A stretch of 61,506 nucleotides of DNA, from the NCBI GenBank assembly GCA_964195545.1, contig CAXMQQ010000009.1, positions 1-61,506 on the forward strand, read 5' to 3'. Position numbers and translations under genes: made by a program. This DNA is from an uncultured Acidimicrobiia bacterium (GTDB taxonomy: Bacteria > Actinomycetota > Acidimicrobiia > Spongiisociales > UBA5794). Positions 36,119-44,752 of the stretch are shown piece after piece. The stretch's first letter is position 1. Every line of letters starts with the position of its first letter. A model generated the notes under the pieces. It did no database searches, had not been told where the DNA came from, and saw only the letters and a list, made by a program, of their open reading frames with translations.

Positions 36119-36490
36119 ATGCAGATCGAAGTCGGCACCAGCGCAACCGTTCGCTTCGTGGTCGGTGATGATGACACCGCGATCGCCCTGGGAAGTGGAG
36201 ACGTACCTGTTCTGGCCACGCCGCGTGTTGTGGCTCTCATGGAGCAGGCGGCCGTTGCGGCGCTCGCCGGCTCCCTCGATGAGGGCATGACTTCCGTTGG
36301 AACCCGAATCTCCATCGATCATCTCGCGGCATCTCTCGTCGGTGCTGTTGTCACCGCGTCGGCAAAGGTCGTAGCCCTCGACGGTCGGGCGGTGTCCTTC
36401 CGCCTTACGGTTCAAGAAGGGGACCGACAGGTGGCGACCGGAGATCACGTCAGATTCGTGGTGAATCGGGATCGATTCCTCGGTCGATAG
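36119..36490 (+). CDS. Hotdog-fold thioesterase (FlK/FcoT-like)
   Basis: 123 aa. VGDDDTAIALGSGDVPVLATPRVVALMEQAAV...GTRISIDHLAASLVGAVVTASAKV matches the thioesterase-superfamily pattern. Confidence 0.7.
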   Translation: MQIEVGTSATVRFVVGDDDTAIALGSGDVPVLATPRVVALMEQAAVAALAGSLDEGMTSVGTRISIDHLAASLVGAVVTASAKVVALDGRAVSFRLTVQEGDRQVATGDHVRFVVNRDRFLGR

Positions 36491-36517
36491 CGACGGGCGC
36501 ACGGCTGGGCGAACTCG

Positions 36518-36844
36518 TCAGCCAAGCCACTCGACGCGACACCACGATCGACGTTGGCAGTTCGGGCATTGCATCCAACGGCTGTAGTGCTTGCCGGGCA
36601 TCCACATCGAGATCATGACGATGCGAACGCCGATGTCGAGGTGTGAGGCACGGGTCTTCGTGTCGCAGTGGGAGCACTCGATGACGCCGGTGCCGTGCTG
36701 ATGCTTACCGGTCGAGAACAGGGCGGCCTGTCCTTCGCGTTCTTCCGGTTCGCGGAGCACGTCGTCTGCGAGCGGATCGTCGACACTGGTCGGCGCTGTC
36801 TCGAAGAGAGCCCTCTTGCCTTGGGGGTCTGAGCGTCCTGTCAT
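36518..36844 (-). CDS. Small zinc-ribbon protein
   Basis: 108 aa with two Cys pairs (CSHCD ... CPNCQ). The start overlaps the parA-like stop as ATGA, which suggests translational coupling. Confidence 0.55.
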   Translation of the reverse strand: MTGRSDPQGKRALFETAPTSVDDPLADDVLREPEEREGQAALFSTGKHQHGTGVIECSHCDTKTRASHLDIGVRIVMISMWMPGKHYSRWMQCPNCQRRSWCRVEWLG

Positions 36845-37596
36845 GTCCGTCTCTCGATCTCTTCTGCGAGTTGTCGGTACGCTTCCGCGCTCTTGGACCG
36901 GCGGGCATGGGCGAGGACCGACTGTCCCTTCTCGGGTGCCTCAGCCACCTTGACCGAGCGAGGAATAGGAGGTGGGAGGACCTCGATGTCGTGCGTCTCG
37001 GAGACCTCGACGAGGGTTCGTTTCCCGAGGTTGGTCCTGGCATCGAACATCGTCGCCACGGCACCGAGGACTTCGAGGTTCTCGTTGGTGTAGGCCCTGA
37101 CATCCTCGATCGTCTCGAGAAGTTGCCCAACCGCCCGGTGGGACAGTGTCTCCGCCTGGAACGGAATGAGGACATGCGATGCAGCCGTCAGACCATTGAG
37201 GGTGAGGATGCCCAGAGAGGGAGCACAGTCGATAAAGGTGTAGTCGTAGTCGTCGACCAGCGTCTTGAGCGCACGACCGAGAACAAACTCTCTCCCTGTC
37301 TTCGTGAGCAGGTGGATTTCGGAGCCGGCGAGGTCGATAGATGACGGCACGAGATCTATGCCGTTCACATCAATGACGGTGTCGGCGATCTCGGCCCTGC
37401 CCAGCATGACGTCGTGCACGGTTGTCTCGAGATCATCCGGGTCTATTCCGTTCTCATACGTGAGGCATGCCTGCGGGTCGAGGTCGACGATGAGTACCCG
37501 ATTGCCGCGTTCAACGAGCGCCGCCGCGAGTGTATGGACGGTGGTGGTCTTCGCTACCCCACCCTTCTGATTCGCAACAGCGATGACAGCTCCCAT
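36841..37596 (-). CDS. ParA/Soj-family ATPase
   Basis: It has the deviant Walker A IAVANQKGGVAKTTT and is 251 aa long. No parB or parS is visible. Confidence 0.85.
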   Translation of the reverse strand: MGAVIAVANQKGGVAKTTTVHTLAAALVERGNRVLIVDLDPQACLTYENGIDPDDLETTVHDVMLGRAEIADTVIDVNGIDLVPSSIDLAGSEIHLLTKTGREFVLGRALKTLVDDYDYTFIDCAPSLGILTLNGLTAASHVLIPFQAETLSHRAVGQLLETIEDVRAYTNENLEVLGAVATMFDARTNLGKRTLVEVSETHDIEVLPPPIPRSVKVAEAPEKGQSVLAHARRSKSAEAYRQLAEEIERRT

Positions 37597-37711
37597 GGGA
37601 AGATTGTAGATGGTGCCGCTGAGGCGTGTCCCTGAAAGGCGGTGCTCCGCAGTCCGTAGTCCGTATTCCGTATGGAGTGAGCCTTGGGCTCTGAGACATC
37701 AGCCGTCAGAC

Positions 37712-37745
37712 ATGAGACATGAGGTGCGGTTGTCTCATGTCTCAT
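37712..37745 (-). terminator. Hairpin downstream of the CapA-family gene
   Basis: ATGAGACATGAG-10 nt-CTCATGTCTCAT forms a 12-bp perfect stem 29 nt after the stop at 37774. It is built from the CATGTCT/GAGACAT heptamer word. Confidence 0.5.
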
Positions 37746-37773
37746 ACCTCGAATCTGTCGGACCGACAACCGC

Positions 37774-38904
37774 CTACTCGGGTCCCTCGGGAGCGCACGG
37801 TCCCTCATATCCAGCCTGCAACACCGGATGCCCGGTCGCTTCGATGACGACCGGGACGAGGCACGCTCCGATCCGGCCGTCGGGTTCGAACACGAATTGA
37901 GCCACGGCGGTCGTGCGGGCCTGTGCGGATCCGGCCTGCCAGACGAAATTCCCGAGCCCCCAGGCGATCGGCTTGCCCGAATACCAACCGAGGGGTTGGA
38001 GGACATGCTGATGGTGTCCGAAGATGCCGTCCGCGCCGGCGTCGATGAAGGCCTCGGCGAGGCGGATCTCGAACGGCCGGGGCTGGGTTGTGCCCTGCTC
38101 TCCCCAGTGGATCGTTACGAGGACGAGGTCCGCGATCTCGCCGGCTGCCCTGATGGCTTCGGTCATGGCCTCGGCGGAGTCGCCATCTGTCATGCCGGGT
38201 CGGTCCTCGGTAGCGATCCAGGATCCCGTCTCGGGATGGACGCCACCGCCGCCCAGGATCGCGATCGTCCAGCCGTTCTTCTGTATGAGTACCGGCTCGT
38301 ATGCCTCGGTAGCGTTGGCCCCCGCTCCGACCGGGTCGATACCAACTCCGACCAGGTTGTCCCTGGCGTCGAGCATCGCGTCGAAGCCGTAGTCCACTGC
38401 GTGGTTGTTGGCGAGATTGGCAACATCAACCCCGGCCGCCGCCATCGAAGGGAGAGATTCAGGATCGCACCGGAACGTCCACGGCTTGTTCCAGGCTGTG
38501 CCGAGATTCGACGCCGAGCACTCCAGGTTGATCACCGTCAGGTCGTCCTGATTGAGGATGTGGTTGAGGCCGGACCAGGCGTAGTCGTAGCCGGTGGACG
38601 GGAATGACCGGACGAACGTCGGATCGAGGTTCACGTCTCCCGTTCCGCTGACGACGAGGCGCTGCTTCTCGTTAGGAAACGACAGAGCCGGTTCAACAGG
38701 GGTGGTAGTCGTCGTGGATTCGGGTGTCGTTGTCGTTGTGGTTGTCGGCGAAGGGGCAACGACAGTCGTCGTCGCAGCAATCGCGGTGATCGAAGTGAAC
38801 GCTGGCGGCGGTCGAGGCGACGCTGAAGTATCTGCCGTACAGGCGCCGAGAAGCATCGCGAATGCCGTCCAACCGATCACGCCAAGGAAGCGACTCCAAT
38901 GCAT
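37774..38904 (-). CDS. CapA-family (PGA_cap metallophosphatase-like) lipoprotein
   Basis: I chose ATG 38904 (MHWSRFLGVIGWTAFAMLLGAC, ending at a lipobox). A Thr-rich linker follows, then the CapA domain (GDVNLDP...NLANNHAVDYG...HWGEQG...GHHQHVLQP). Confidence 0.8.
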   Translation of the reverse strand: MHWSRFLGVIGWTAFAMLLGACTADTSASPRPPPAFTSITAIAATTTVVAPSPTTTTTTTPESTTTTTPVEPALSFPNEKQRLVVSGTGDVNLDPTFVRSFPSTGYDYAWSGLNHILNQDDLTVINLECSASNLGTAWNKPWTFRCDPESLPSMAAAGVDVANLANNHAVDYGFDAMLDARDNLVGVGIDPVGAGANATEAYEPVLIQKNGWTIAILGGGGVHPETGSWIATEDRPGMTDGDSAEAMTEAIRAAGEIADLVLVTIHWGEQGTTQPRPFEIRLAEAFIDAGADGIFGHHQHVLQPLGWYSGKPIAWGLGNFVWQAGSAQARTTAVAQFVFEPDGRIGACLVPVVIEATGHPVLQAGYEGPCAPEGPE

Positions 38905-39009
38905 CGAGACAACGGTACCTTTCAGACATCGAAACACGGTCGTTCATGCCCATCCGCGCGGCCGGGGGACACCGCGCCGTAGCGAGCGGATGCAGAGAAG
39001 GAGCACACG

Positions 39010-41730
39010 ATGGAGAAGTGGGTCTACCGGTTCGACGAGGTCGATCAGGCTGAAGCAGCCCTCGACAACGATTGGGATCAAGTTCGAGGATTGCTCGGTG
39101 GCAAGGGTGCCAACCTCGGTGACATGTCGAGGATCGGTGTGCCGGTACCCCCGGGATTCACACTCACGACACAGGCGTGCAACGCCTACCTCGACAACGA
39201 CGAGCAGTTCCCGGATGGGCTCACGGACCAGCTCGATGCTGCACTCGCGGCGACCGAGGCGAAGCTCGGCAAGAAGTTCGGCTCTGCGGACGCGCCGCTC
39301 CTCGTTTCATGTCGCTCCGGCGCCAAGTTCTCAATGCCCGGGATGATGGACACCGTTCTCAACATCGGTGTCAACGACGCAGTTCTCCCCGGCATGGTTG
39401 AAGCGTTCGGCAGTGAGAGATTCGTCTATGACTCCTATCGCCGTCTCGTTCAGATGTTCGGAAGTGTTGTCATGAATGTCGACGACCACGCCTTCGAAGA
39501 GGTGCTCACTGAAGCTCGCGCCGCTGCGGGTGTCGAGACAGATTCTGATCTCGACGTTGCCGCCCTATCGGGCGTGCTGGAGCGTTTCAAGGAGATCTTC
39601 AAGAACGAGACGGGTCAGGACTTCCCCCAGGATCCCAAGAACCAGTTGATGTTGGCTGTGGAAGCCGTCTTCAAATCCTGGAACTCTGACCGTGCGTTCG
39701 CTTACCGCAACGCGGACGGAATCCCCCATGATCTCGGAACCGCCGTCAACATTCAGGCAATGGTGTTCGGCAATATGGGAGAAGGATCCGGAACCGGCGT
39801 GGCGATGTCCCGAAACGCAACGACCGGCGAACCACACCTGGAGGGCGACTACCTGCTCAATGCCCAGGGCGAGGACGTCGTTGCAGGAATCCGGAGGACC
39901 GATCCCGTCGCGAAGCTCGGCGATGACATGCCTGCGGTGTATGCGGAGTTCGACGCTTTCGCGACGAAGCTCGAAGACCATTACCGCAACATGCAGGACA
40001 TGGAGTTCACGATCGAGAACGGGAAGCTCTGGCTCCTCCAGACCCGTGACGGCAAGAGGACCGCTCAGGCGGCCGTTCGGATCGCGGTCGACATGGTCGA
40101 AGAAGGGATGATCTCAACAGATGAAGCCCTCATGCGGGTCTCTCCGGATCACGTCGACTTCTTCCTGCATCCACAGTTCAACGTCGATTCCAAGACGGCG
40201 GCAGCCGAGGAGGGCCGACAGATCGCCCTCGGTCTCAACGTCTCCCCGGGCGCCGCGGTCGGCATGGTCGCTTTCGACCCGGACCTCGCTCAAGAGTGGG
40301 CGAAGGACGGCAAAGATGTGATCTTGGGTCGTCCCGAGACCAAGCCGGATGACGTGCACGGCATGCTCGCCGCCAACGGCATCGTCACTTCTCGCGGTGG
40401 CCGTACGAGCCACGCAGCACTCGTTGCTCGTCAGTTCGGCAAGCCCGCCGTTGTTGGGGCGCACGAACTCGACATCGACGTTGCAGCCCGGACGATGACC
40501 GTCGGCGACGTCGTCGTCAACGAGGGCGACTGGCTCTCAGTCGACGGAACCACCGGAGAGGTCTTCCTCGGGATGGTCGAAACAAAGGTTCCAGACATCG
40601 ACGATCCGTGGTTGACGAAGCTCCTCGGCTGGGCCGATGATCGGCGCGAGCTGGACGTCTGGGCGAATGCCGACTACCCGAGCGACGCCGAGCGCGCCCG
40701 TTCATACGGTGCTCGCGGTATCGGGCTGTGCAGGACCGAGCACATGTTCTTCGAGCCTGAGCGTCTCCCCGTCGTTCAGCGCATGATCCTCGCCGATTCG
40801 CAGGAAGAGCGAGAGGAACTGACGTTCTCCCTCCTGCCCTATCAGCGCGAGGACTTCGCCGGTCTGTTCAGGGCGATGGACGGCTATCCGGTCGTCATTC
40901 GACTCATCGATCCGCCGCTCCACGAGTTCCTGCCGGGATTCGACGAGCTCGTCAACGAGATCGCAGATCTGCGGATCAAATTGGCCACCACGACAGACGC
41001 GACCGAGCGGGAGTCCATCCAGACAGAGATTGAAGAGAAGTCGGAGATGCTCGACCGGGTGGAGGCCCTGAAGGAGCAGAACCCGATGCTCGGACTGCGT
41101 GGGGTGCGTCTTGGCATTCTCCGCCCGGAAATGACACGGATGCAGGTCAGGGCGATCTTCGAGGCTGCATGCACGGTGACCCGCGAGGGCATCGACGTGC
41201 ATCCGGAGATCATGATTCCGCTGACCAGCCATGTGAACGAACTGGAGCGCCAGCGTTCCGTTCTCGAGAAGGAGGCCAAGGATGTCATGGTCGAACAGGA
41301 CATCCAGATCGACTACAAGTTCGGCACGATGATCGAGATTCCGAGGGCGGCTCTCACCGCCGATCAGATCGCTGAGTTCGCCGAGTTCATCTCGTTCGGT
41401 ACGAACGACCTTACGCAGATGACCTACGGCATCAGCCGTGACGATGCCGAGGGTGGATTCCTCATCGACTACGTGTCTCAGGGAATCCTCGATGACAACC
41501 CGTTCTTCACGATCGATCGTGACGGCGTTGGGCAGTTGATGGGCATCGCCCTCGAGAAAGCGAAGTCAGCCCGTCCGGGGATCGAGGCCGGGATCTGTGG
41601 TGAGCACGGCGGTGAGCCGCGTTCGATCGGTCTCTGCCACGAACTCGGTCTGGACTACGTCAGCTGCTCCCCGTTCCGTGTCCCGGTAGCCCGCCTGGCA
41701 GCAGCCCAAGCGGCAATTGTGTCCGAGTAG
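39010..41730 (+). CDS. ppdK: Pyruvate, phosphate dikinase
   Basis: 906 aa with LLGGKGANLGDM, the phospho-His region GGRTSHAALVARQFG and a C-terminal PEP-utilising TIM barrel (FISFGTNDLTQ). Confidence 0.97.
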   Translation: MEKWVYRFDEVDQAEAALDNDWDQVRGLLGGKGANLGDMSRIGVPVPPGFTLTTQACNAYLDNDEQFPDGLTDQLDAALAATEAKLGKKFGSADAPLLVSCRSGAKFSMPGMMDTVLNIGVNDAVLPGMVEAFGSERFVYDSYRRLVQMFGSVVMNVDDHAFEEVLTEARAAAGVETDSDLDVAALSGVLERFKEIFKNETGQDFPQDPKNQLMLAVEAVFKSWNSDRAFAYRNADGIPHDLGTAVNIQAMVFGNMGEGSGTGVAMSRNATTGEPHLEGDYLLNAQGEDVVAGIRRTDPVAKLGDDMPAVYAEFDAFATKLEDHYRNMQDMEFTIENGKLWLLQTRDGKRTAQAAVRIAVDMVEEGMISTDEALMRVSPDHVDFFLHPQFNVDSKTAAAEEGRQIALGLNVSPGAAVGMVAFDPDLAQEWAKDGKDVILGRPETKPDDVHGMLAANGIVTSRGGRTSHAALVARQFGKPAVVGAHELDIDVAARTMTVGDVVVNEGDWLSVDGTTGEVFLGMVETKVPDIDDPWLTKLLGWADDRRELDVWANADYPSDAERARSYGARGIGLCRTEHMFFEPERLPVVQRMILADSQEEREELTFSLLPYQREDFAGLFRAMDGYPVVIRLIDPPLHEFLPGFDELVNEIADLRIKLATTTDATERESIQTEIEEKSEMLDRVEALKEQNPMLGLRGVRLGILRPEMTRMQVRAIFEAACTVTREGIDVHPEIMIPLTSHVNELERQRSVLEKEAKDVMVEQDIQIDYKFGTMIEIPRAALTADQIAEFAEFISFGTNDLTQMTYGISRDDAEGGFLIDYVSQGILDDNPFFTIDRDGVGQLMGIALEKAKSARPGIEAGICGEHGGEPRSIGLCHELGLDYVSCSPFRVPVARLAAAQAAIVSE

Positions 41731-41764
41731 TGAGTACTGAGCACTGAGTACTCGGTAGAGACGA

Positions 41765-41804
41765 AGAAGGCGTCCCCCCGGCGAGAGCCTGGGGGACGCC
41801 TTCT
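41765..41804 (+). terminator. Intrinsic terminator of ppdK
   Basis: AGAAGGCGTCCCCC-12 nt-GGGGGACGCCTTCT forms a 14-bp perfect stem and is followed by ctgttggctgttggctcttg. Confidence 0.8.
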
Positions 41805-41824
41805 CTGTTGGCTGTTGGCTCTTG

Positions 41825-41889
41825 CCTGTCACCCGTCGCCCCTGTCGCCCCTGTCACTCCGGTCACGCCTCATATCTCATGTCTCATGT
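41825..41889 (+). repeat. Tandem 9-mers (CCTGTCRCY) followed by (CTCATRT)3 heptamers
   Basis: Read directly: cctgtcacc cgtcgcc cctgtcgcc cctgtcact ccggtcacg c ctcatat ctcatgt ctcatgt. The array lies between the ppdK terminator and the DUF4388 gene start. Confidence 0.9.
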
Positions 41890-41917
41890 CGGGCCGCTCG
41901 TCCGCCGATACCAACCC

Positions 41918-42634
41918 ATGGACGCTCTCCAAGGTGACCTTGACTCGTTTTCGCTCGCGGACGTTGTTCGTCTCGTCGCGACTGCCGGGGGGACTGGTGT
42001 GCTCCGGGTCGAACGAGGGGCGTTGACGGGCAGGGTGTTCTTCGTCGACGGGTATCTCACGTATGCCACGACCAGAGATGGCGACGGGTCGGTTGCGGCG
42101 CTTGCCCGTCTGGGAACCGCACCCGAACGAGATCGCCGGGGTCGCAACCCTGGTGGGAGATGGCCCGATCCGGCGCGATCTCTCATCCTCCAACAGATCA
42201 GCGAGGTCCTCATTCGTCTCGCCCACGGTCCCGGCGGCCGCTTCTGGTTCGTCGAGGGAGTGGAGACCCGGGCGTACGGTGCCGAGGAGATCCAGCGGTT
42301 CGAAGCCAAAGAAGCTCTCGAAGCCGCCGCAGCCCGCCGTGCCGAATGGGCGAAGATCGTTCAGATCGTGCCCGATACGTCGACCCATTTCGTGGTGCGT
42401 CCCCGACTCGCTCTCGGTGTGTCGGAAGTCGTGGTCGATGCCGAGACCTGGCCGATCCTCGCTGCGATCGGCGGCGGTGCTTCGATCCAGGAGGTCGCAG
42501 AGCGACTCGACCTCTTCGAACTATCGGCGGCCGGTCTTGTTGCAGATCTCTACGGTCGTGGTTTGATCGTGAGGGAGTACGGTCCGGACTCTGCCCCGAG
42601 TGTCCTGGTGCACGTAGAGAGCGAACCAGCCTGA
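41918..42634 (+). CDS. DUF4388 (PatA-N-like) domain protein
   Basis: The real start is MDALQGDLDSFSLADVVRLV, the typical DUF4388 opening. The track start 41822 reads through the repeat array and is not protein-like. Confidence 0.65.
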   Translation: MDALQGDLDSFSLADVVRLVATAGGTGVLRVERGALTGRVFFVDGYLTYATTRDGDGSVAALARLGTAPERDRRGRNPGGRWPDPARSLILQQISEVLIRLAHGPGGRFWFVEGVETRAYGAEEIQRFEAKEALEAAAARRAEWAKIVQIVPDTSTHFVVRPRLALGVSEVVVDAETWPILAAIGGGASIQEVAERLDLFELSAAGLVADLYGRGLIVREYGPDSAPSVLVHVESEPA

Positions 42635-42641
42635 TCGAACG

Positions 42642-43046
42642 TCAGATCGGGGGAGTCGTGCCGGTGACCAGCCGCGCTATCCACACGATGATCAGCAATG
42701 CCGCCGTTCCACCGATGACGACGTCGACCCAGCGGCGGTGTTTCCACTGGATCCATCCCGCCTGGTGCGCGGCCCAGATCGTCCACGCACCGAGCAGTTC
42801 GGCAACGACGAGCACGATCAACGGGTGGTAGCGGAGTGCCTCGGTCAGGTTTCCGCGAATGAGGTGGCCGGCGGCCCTCGTCATCCCGCAGCCCGGGCAA
42901 GCCACACCGGTGCAGTTGGCGAAGCCGCAGATCGTCGGACTCCCATCTGACGGTGCGATCGTGGCCAACGAGATGGCCGCGACGAACGGAATCGCAAAGA
43001 GCGATCTCGTCCCAAGTCGGGACGCCGCAGGCGAGAGCGTGATCAA
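42642..43046 (-). CDS. DUF2752 membrane protein
   Basis: It has the CPGCGMTRA motif and hydrophobic segments. I chose TTG 43046 (TTGA overlap with the upstream stop). The track start 43220 would run through the upstream gene. Confidence 0.6.
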   Translation of the reverse strand: MITLSPAASRLGTRSLFAIPFVAAISLATIAPSDGSPTICGFANCTGVACPGCGMTRAAGHLIRGNLTEALRYHPLIVLVVAELLGAWTIWAAHQAGWIQWKHRRWVDVVIGGTAALLIIVWIARLVTGTTPPI

Positions 43047-43318
43047 GAAGCCGCGGCGAACAAGGCGATAATGAGGAAGAAGACGAGGAAGCCGACTCCG
43101 ATGATCATCAAGACCGTGGAGATGATCCCGAGGATTCGCCCCGCCTGGGCCGTGCCGCGATTTTCCGGCGCGCGTTTCCCGGCGTCGATCCCCGCGAGTT
43201 CCTTGTTCCCCATCACCCACGCGAACGGGCCGAGAACTTGACAGAGGACAAGGCCGAGGATGCCGAGGACAAGGATCGTCGTCGCCTGGCTGTCTTCCTG
43301 GTAATACTGATCAGTCAT
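43043..43318 (-). CDS. DUF4190 small membrane protein
   Basis: ILVLGILGLVLCQVLGPFAWVMGNKEL...AQAGRILGIISTVLMIIG is the DUF4190 pattern. The start is ATG 43318 or GTG 43342. Confidence 0.65.
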   Translation of the reverse strand: MTDQYYQEDSQATTILVLGILGLVLCQVLGPFAWVMGNKELAGIDAGKRAPENRGTAQAGRILGIISTVLMIIGVGFLVFFLIIALFAAAS

Positions 43319-43359
43319 AAGTTCAGTATGGCCTGTCAACACCCCCCGGCCAACCCCAA

Positions 43360-43470
43360 CCGCGTACCCAGGGTTGCAGACCTCGTATTTGACGCCGTCA
43401 GCCCGCGGAACGAGACGGGCCGCGTACCCAGGGTTGCAGTCCTTGTATATGACGCTGTCAGCCCGCGGAA
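43360..43470 (+). repeat. Two direct copies of the ~51-nt REP-like element, exact 60-nt period
   Basis: Copy 3 (43360-43410) is CCGCGTACCCAGGGTTGCAGACCTCGTATTTGACGCCGTCAGCCCGCGGAA. Copy 4 (43420-43470) differs from it at 4 of 51 positions by hand alignment. It is the same family as 13395-13519. Confidence 0.9.
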
Positions 43471-43491
43471 TGGATTAGGCACCGAGCGCGA

Positions 43492-43509
43492 GCCGTCCAC
43501 ATGGACGGC
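43492..43509 (-). terminator. Weak hairpin after the DivIVA-like gene
   Basis: GCCGTCCA-ca-TGGACGGC is a near-perfect palindrome 21 nt after the stop at 43530. There is no U-tract. Confidence 0.3.
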
Positions 43510-43529
43510 CCGCCCTCGGCATTGGGCCC

Positions 43530-44267
43530 CTAGCTCCGACCCAAACCTGTGAGCATTGCCTCACCATCGATGACCGTGAGATCGATGACCTCAGCGATGT
43601 GCGTCGTGTGGGGTGCCGTGAGTGCCGCGAGAGCGTTGATCTTCGTTTCGACTTCTGCGACCGCTGTCCGCAACTCTTCGAGGCGTGACGCGAGTCGAAT
43701 CTCCTCGCGGTGGGCAGCGCCGACAATCTCGTTCGCGATCCGATCTGCCTCTTCAACGGCCGCAGCTGTCATCGTGTCGATCTCGGCCTTGTTGCGCTCG
43801 AGTTCCTGCTCGGTCAGCGTCACAGTGTCCGAGCGTGCCATCTCTGCGTCGAGCAGCAATCGGTGGGATGCAGCCTCGGCTTCCGCCATCCGATTGGCTC
43901 CATCTCGGTGGGCTCGAATCATCGCTTCATCCCGCTCGAACATCATGGCCTCGGCTTCGGTCCGGGCGGTCTCGATGAGTCGGCCGGCTTCCCCCTTGGC
44001 ATCCTCGACGATCAATGCGGCGCGACCGGCGCTCTCGTTGATCATCTCGTCTCTGGTGCGCTGCGCCGCAGCAAACGTTCGGCGGATGGCGTCGACGGAG
44101 TCGTCTGCCTGTGCTACTCGCGCTTCGAGCTCGGCGGTGTCGTGCTCGTGGGATTTGAGAGTGGCGATCAGCCGTTCCATGACCCGGTCGACTTCGACGG
44201 AGTCATAGCCCTTGCGGCGCACGCGGGCGAACCTGTGTGCCTCAACAGTTGATGCTTCAATCTTCAT
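43530..44267 (-). CDS. DivIVA-domain coiled-coil protein
   Basis: The real start is MKIEASTVEAHRFARVRRKGYDSVEVDRVMERL, a DivIVA N-terminal motif, with GGGGAG 8 nt upstream. A long Ala/Glu/Arg coiled coil follows. The track ORF start 44669 overlaps the HTH gene on the other strand. Confidence 0.75.
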   Translation of the reverse strand: MKIEASTVEAHRFARVRRKGYDSVEVDRVMERLIATLKSHEHDTAELEARVAQADDSVDAIRRTFAAAQRTRDEMINESAGRAALIVEDAKGEAGRLIETARTEAEAMMFERDEAMIRAHRDGANRMAEAEAASHRLLLDAEMARSDTVTLTEQELERNKAEIDTMTAAAVEEADRIANEIVGAAHREEIRLASRLEELRTAVAEVETKINALAALTAPHTTHIAEVIDLTVIDGEAMLTGLGRS

Positions 44268-44429
44268 GCGTCCGTCTCCCCGGATCCCTCCGCCCGTCGC
44301 TGCCCCTGCAATCCTGCAGAGCGACCGGGTTGGTCGCATTCGGATCGGAACCCTACGCTGAACGTTCGACATCTGCAAGGGAATGTCAACAGGGTGGACG
44401 CCACGCTCGGAGTCGAGTAGAACAGTCAC

Positions 44430-44654
44430 ATGGATCGCATCACGGTCGATATCGAGAAGGAATGGCTCTCCGTCGCAGACATCTGCGAGTACATGGACGT
44501 GTCCACGTTCGTCGTCACCAGTCAACTGCGGACTGGCGGGCTCCCCGCGGTCAAGTTCGGTAGGGAGTGGCGGGTCTCGCGGCAGGACTTCGAAGACTGG
44601 ATCAACGACCAGCGCGTCGATACGGCTGCGAGAATCGACACCGAACTGCGATGA
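44430..44654 (+). CDS. Excisionase-family (MerR-like) helix-turn-helix DNA-binding protein
   Basis: 74 aa. WLSVADICEYMDVSTFVVTSQLRTGGLPAVKFGREWRVSRQDFEDWI matches the excisionase-type HTH_17 pattern. Confidence 0.7.
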   Translation: MDRITVDIEKEWLSVADICEYMDVSTFVVTSQLRTGGLPAVKFGREWRVSRQDFEDWINDQRVDTAARIDTELR

Positions 44655-44752
44655 GCGATCAGGGCTCAACCGTCTGACAAGAGTATTTTCGACCCTGTTC
44701 GCCTGCCGGTCGTAGGAGTAGCCTCGGTGGCGTCGACACGCAGGAGGTCAAG

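Noticed and set aside
43360-43470. Possible CRISPR array (direct repeats with a 60-nt period); the same question applies to the heptamer arrays
   Set aside because: There are only two repeat copies with a 9-nt spacer and no cas genes. The heptamer arrays have no spacers at all. These are REP-like or simple tandem repeats, not CRISPR.
44430-44654. Excisionase-family HTH as evidence of a prophage or integrative element
   Set aside because: No integrase, recombinase, att-like direct repeats, tRNA target or phage genes are nearby. This HTH family is also common as a stand-alone regulator.
44268-44669. N-terminal 134-codon extension of the DivIVA-like ORF
   Set aside because: The DivIVA motif begins at M135, which has a good Shine-Dalgarno sequence. 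The extension overlaps a much better plus-strand excisionase-type HTH gene.
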